Source of the DNA: a virus
DNA: 64,000 bases
IMG/VR virus record: IMGVR_UViG_3300006155_000004
Strand: one strand, 5' to 3'
Each line of letters begins with the position of its first letter. Position 1 is the stretch's first letter. Positions 61,072-64,000 of the stretch are shown one piece after another. The notes under the pieces were generated by a model, which was not told the DNA's origin, did not search any database, and worked only from the letters and a program-made list of their open reading frames with translations. The translations under genes and the position numbers were made by a program.

Positions 61072-61257
61072 ATGGCAAAGACAGAATTGACAATAGAAGC
61101 AAGGTTGAATGTTTCTGATGAAACAGCGGCAGCTTGCGTTGTACTTTTAAATATGTATCTTAAAGAAAATTCATCAGAATTGATTGTTGAAGAAGACAGA
61201 GAAACAGGCGTGGCACAAATTGAAATAAGAAACAACAACGCAACTACCGAGCAATAA
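61072..61257 (+). CDS. hypothetical small protein
   Basis: ORF track; GAGAGGG RBS. Confidence 0.5.
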   Translation: MAKTELTIEARLNVSDETAAACVVLLNMYLKENSSELIVEEDRETGVAQIEIRNNNATTEQ

Positions 61258-61288
61258 TCGGCGGTTACTTTTATTTTGGAGATTGAGC

Positions 61289-61489
61289 ATGAAGAAATAT
61301 AGACCAGTAAAAATATTCTGTCCGCAATGCAAAGGGTATGTCGGCACGCATGATGGGCGGTCGACAATGCCAAAATCAGTAAAATGTAATATCTGTAATA
61401 AGCTGGTTGTTTATAATTCAGAAACAAGGAAAACAGAAATAAAGCCAATTCCGCAACGGACACAAGGAAGCGGTATGAGGTTTTACTAA
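61289..61489 (+). CDS. small zinc-ribbon protein (Com-like)
   Basis: ATG 61289 with TGGAG RBS; CPQCKG...CNICNK. Confidence 0.5.
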   Translation: MKKYRPVKIFCPQCKGYVGTHDGRSTMPKSVKCNICNKLVVYNSETRKTEIKPIPQRTQGSGMRFY

Positions 61490-61502
61490 AGGCGGTGATT
61501 AA

Positions 61503-63083
61503 ATGCAAATAGGCAGATTGGAAATATTTACAGATGAGCCGGAAATCACAGAGAAAAATGTAATAAGGGTTTTGAGGAACGCACTGCCAAAGCATTTAAT
61601 CAATGCCGATCGGTGCGATTTTTTATTGAATTACGAAGCTGGGGAACAGCCGAATACAGCAATCAAAACAACCAGAAAAGATATTCAAAGCTTCTGTCCT
61701 GATAACTTAGCACACAAAATCACGGAATTTAAGCTCGGATTTATCTGGGGATTCCCAATCAGCATGGTGCAGAGAGGGAAAAAAGACAGCGGAGAAAAGA
61801 AAGACGAATCTCCATCTATTGCACTTCTTAATGAACAGTACGAAATGGCAAAGGTGAGAAAAAGAACACAGGAGCTTGCTAGGTTTATTGAGATATGCGG
61901 GATAGGGTTTAGCTACATAGATATAAACACGGAATACGAAGATGGAGATAGCTACTTCACTTTAAACATACTAGACCCAAGAACAACATTTATTGTCAAG
62001 TCAAGATATTATCCAGACCACAGACCTTTGCTTGCGGTATCTTATCGTGAAGATGAAATGGGAAATAGATATTTTACCTGTTTTACAAAACTGCAAAGAT
62101 TTGAAATTTCTGGCGCACTGAAAATAAAAAATGGGAAAATACAAAAAGATGATAACGGAGAGCCAATCACAAATTGGTTTGAAAGGGAGCGAAGCGGAGA
62201 AAAAAATCCGCTCGGAATGCTGCCGATAATTGAGTGGATTCGTTCTTATGACAGAATGGGATGTTTTGAACACCAGATACCTGCAATGAACGACCTTAAT
62301 GCTTTGCGCTCAAATTTTATGAATTCGATACAGCAGAACACAAATTCTCTCTGGCATTACAACGATGTGGACTTCCCAGTAGATGAAAACGGAAACGAAA
62401 TAAACCCGAAGACAGGAGAGATTGTAAGAACATTCACCACGCCAGACGGAAAATCCCCGACAATAAACCCGCTGACGCTTGATTACAACTATGATGGGCT
62501 TTTAAATAAAATAGTTTACGACAGGTCAATCATTCTGGAAGAATGCGACGTTCCGCAGAGAAGCGAAAATGTATCAAATTCAACTGGAATAGCCACATCG
62601 GATGCTACGGGGTGGAGTGCGGCGGAAAACGCAGCGAATAAGCAGCAGAATATTACGGAAGATTGCAAAATGGAGGAAGTGAGGGTTGTTTGCAGGGCAA
62701 TGCAAATTTCTCCATACGTTCCACAGGACAGCCCGATTTTAGACATAAAATATTCGGACACAAAACCAAACATAAAAAGGCAGAAAAATTATGAACTGAC
62801 GATAAAGGCGAATTACATGGCAACATTGCTGAATTTGGGATTTTATGGAGAACACGTTATCAAAGGAGCAAACGCATTTGATGACCCAGAGCAGGTATGG
62901 ATTGACAGCCGGGAAATGATAGAGGCTATTCAGAAAAGTAAAATCACAAAGCCAACGGAAAACGAAGATCTGGAAGAAACAAGGACAACAGACGGCGGAA
63001 TAGAAGCGCAAATATCCAATTCGCCAATGCTTGACGGAATGTCAAAAGAAAAACCAGAGAAAGCGGGGGATGATAAGATGTGA
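61503..63083 (+). CDS. portal protein (SPP1 gp6-like size and position)
   Basis: 526 aa, downstream of TerL and directly upstream of a gp7-like head morphogenesis gene. Confidence 0.85.
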   Translation: MQIGRLEIFTDEPEITEKNVIRVLRNALPKHLINADRCDFLLNYEAGEQPNTAIKTTRKDIQSFCPDNLAHKITEFKLGFIWGFPISMVQRGKKDSGEKKDESPSIALLNEQYEMAKVRKRTQELARFIEICGIGFSYIDINTEYEDGDSYFTLNILDPRTTFIVKSRYYPDHRPLLAVSYREDEMGNRYFTCFTKLQRFEISGALKIKNGKIQKDDNGEPITNWFERERSGEKNPLGMLPIIEWIRSYDRMGCFEHQIPAMNDLNALRSNFMNSIQQNTNSLWHYNDVDFPVDENGNEINPKTGEIVRTFTTPDGKSPTINPLTLDYNYDGLLNKIVYDRSIILEECDVPQRSENVSNSTGIATSDATGWSAAENAANKQQNITEDCKMEEVRVVCRAMQISPYVPQDSPILDIKYSDTKPNIKRQKNYELTIKANYMATLLNLGFYGEHVIKGANAFDDPEQVWIDSREMIEAIQKSKITKPTENEDLEETRTTDGGIEAQISNSPMLDGMSKEKPEKAGDDKM

Positions 63084-63703
63084 GATTATTTGATGAATTA
63101 AACGATTTTTCGGAAGATGAGATATTAGACATAGATGCCTATTTTGACGAAATGGAACTTTCAGAAGAAGCGAAGGAAGAAAGAAAGAAATTCGCAAAGG
63201 GCATGAAAGAAATCATGCTTTTTCTTTTCTCTCTTTTTCTTGTGATGGAAGAAAATAGCTATATGGACAAGCGGTTTATCATATCGCAGCTACAGTCAAG
63301 ATATTTGGACTTGGTTGTTGAATATATGAAAATCGACAAATACATTGAAGAACACATAAAAGAATTTTCAGAAGAAACCGTAGATACAACGCTTAGGCAC
63401 ATTGACGAAGAATTTTATCTTTCGGAAGACAGAGGCGTACTTATATCTGTCAACGAAGCAAACAGTACGCTGAATTACAAAGATTTTGCAAATGCAATAA
63501 CAGACGGAAAAACAGAAAAGCAATGGATAACAGAAAAAGACCAAAGGGTAAGAAAAACACACAAAAGACTGGACGATGCAATAATTCCGATAAATGATAC
63601 GTTCGTTGTAGGAAATACGCTCATGCGATTCCCGCACGACACTTTTTATGGAATTGATTACAAGGAACTGTCTAATTGCCGCTGTACAGTGCGGTACATT
63701 TAA
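63080..63703 (+). CDS. head morphogenesis protein (SPP1 gp7 / Mu F-like)
   Basis: ...DQRVRKTHKRLDDAIIPINDTF...FPHD...NCRC signature. Confidence 0.8.
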   Translation: MRLFDELNDFSEDEILDIDAYFDEMELSEEAKEERKKFAKGMKEIMLFLFSLFLVMEENSYMDKRFIISQLQSRYLDLVVEYMKIDKYIEEHIKEFSEETVDTTLRHIDEEFYLSEDRGVLISVNEANSTLNYKDFANAITDGKTEKQWITEKDQRVRKTHKRLDDAIIPINDTFVVGNTLMRFPHDTFYGIDYKELSNCRCTVRYI

Positions 63704-63867
63704 AAATTAAATATTTTTAGAAATTAAGCACTCAGAGAAATCTGGGTTCTTTTATTTTGCGCTAGGGACAGCGCAATAAAAGTTTCGCAAAACGATAGGG
63801 AAATCGGAAATCGCAAATCAAAAACATTGTGAGGGAACACATTAAAACGCAGAAAGAGGTAAGAAGA

Positions 63868-64000
63868 ATGAGTAAAGAAAGCAGAAAAATCCCAATGAAT
63901 CTACAGTTTTTTGCAGAGCCGGGAGAGCCGGACGGACAGCAGACACCGACAGCAGAAGACGGAAAAGAGCCGGACGGACAGCAGACACCGACAGCAGAAG
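63868..64000 (+). CDS. scaffold-like protein, 5' part (runs off window)
   Basis: MSKESRKIPMNLQFFAEPGE... (NLQFFA N-terminal motif common in Firmicutes phage scaffold/capsid genes); tandem EPDGQQTPTAEDGK repeats. Confidence 0.55.
   Translation, partial: MSKESRKIPMNLQFFAEPGEPDGQQTPTAEDGKEPDGQQTPTAE

Noticed and set aside
60939-61595. 218-aa minus-strand ORF
   Set aside because: It is antisense to four well-supported plus-strand genes with RBSs. The sequence is low-complexity and L/F/I/S-rich, with no RBS. It is typical shadow ORF of AT-rich DNA.
1-64000. Known defence or anti-defence systems, reverse transcriptases (retron/DGR), toxin-antitoxin pairs
   Set aside because: I found no RT motifs and no large ATPase, nuclease or TIR/SIR2-type signatures that I can recognise. 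The RHH proteins lack adjacent toxin-like partners. The helicase + GIY-YIG pair sits in a replication context.

Overview
The window reads as a low-GC, Firmicutes-style temperate tailed-phage genome segment. Genes are almost all on the + strand, tightly packed, with GGAGG-type RBSs.

- **1-26.4 kb, recombination/replication/early block:** RecT-like (truncated at the window start), SSB, MT-A70 methyltransferase, MBL-fold protein, SF2 helicase, GIY-YIG nuclease, replisome-organizer-like protein, G39P-like loader, RNase HI, two YopX proteins and a C5 cytosine methyltransferase. That methyltransferase carries an intein in catalytic motif IV and is also split at its target-recognition region. A 1.9-kb IS with inverted repeats and a 6-bp target duplication interrupts this block.
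- **26.6-28.5 kb:** xis and int, followed by an apparently intact attP-like repeat field. This suggests the sequence is in the unintegrated configuration.
- **28.5-48.6 kb, accessory region:** many self-contained promoter + ribbon-helix-helix (RHH) cassettes, HNH_3-like DNA binders, a visibly more GC-rich cluster of low-complexity proteins, an antirepressor, and a leftward operon with a very acidic protein.
- **41.1-46.2 kb, plasmid/satellite-like module within the accessory region:** this is what I rank as the most interesting signal. It contains an XRE regulator, an RHH protein with an octamer array, a small wHTH Rep-like protein with three iterons and AT-rich DNA, an orphan TerS-like gene, a 670-nt ORF-free GC-rich island, and a resolvase with a catalytically dead paralog.
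- **46.7-48.5 kb, tRNA cluster:** Gln, Trp, Tyr, Cys and an irregular Ile(UAU)-like tRNA.
- **48.6-58 kb, second early-like block:** GIY-YIG, initiator-like protein, ThyX-like protein, DUF3310, LemA.
- **58-64 kb, start of the late genes:** TerL, portal, gp7-like head morphogenesis protein and scaffold.

I recognise no known defence system, CRISPR array or reverse transcriptase. All family calls are motif recognition by eye with no searches run, and GC statements are visual impressions.
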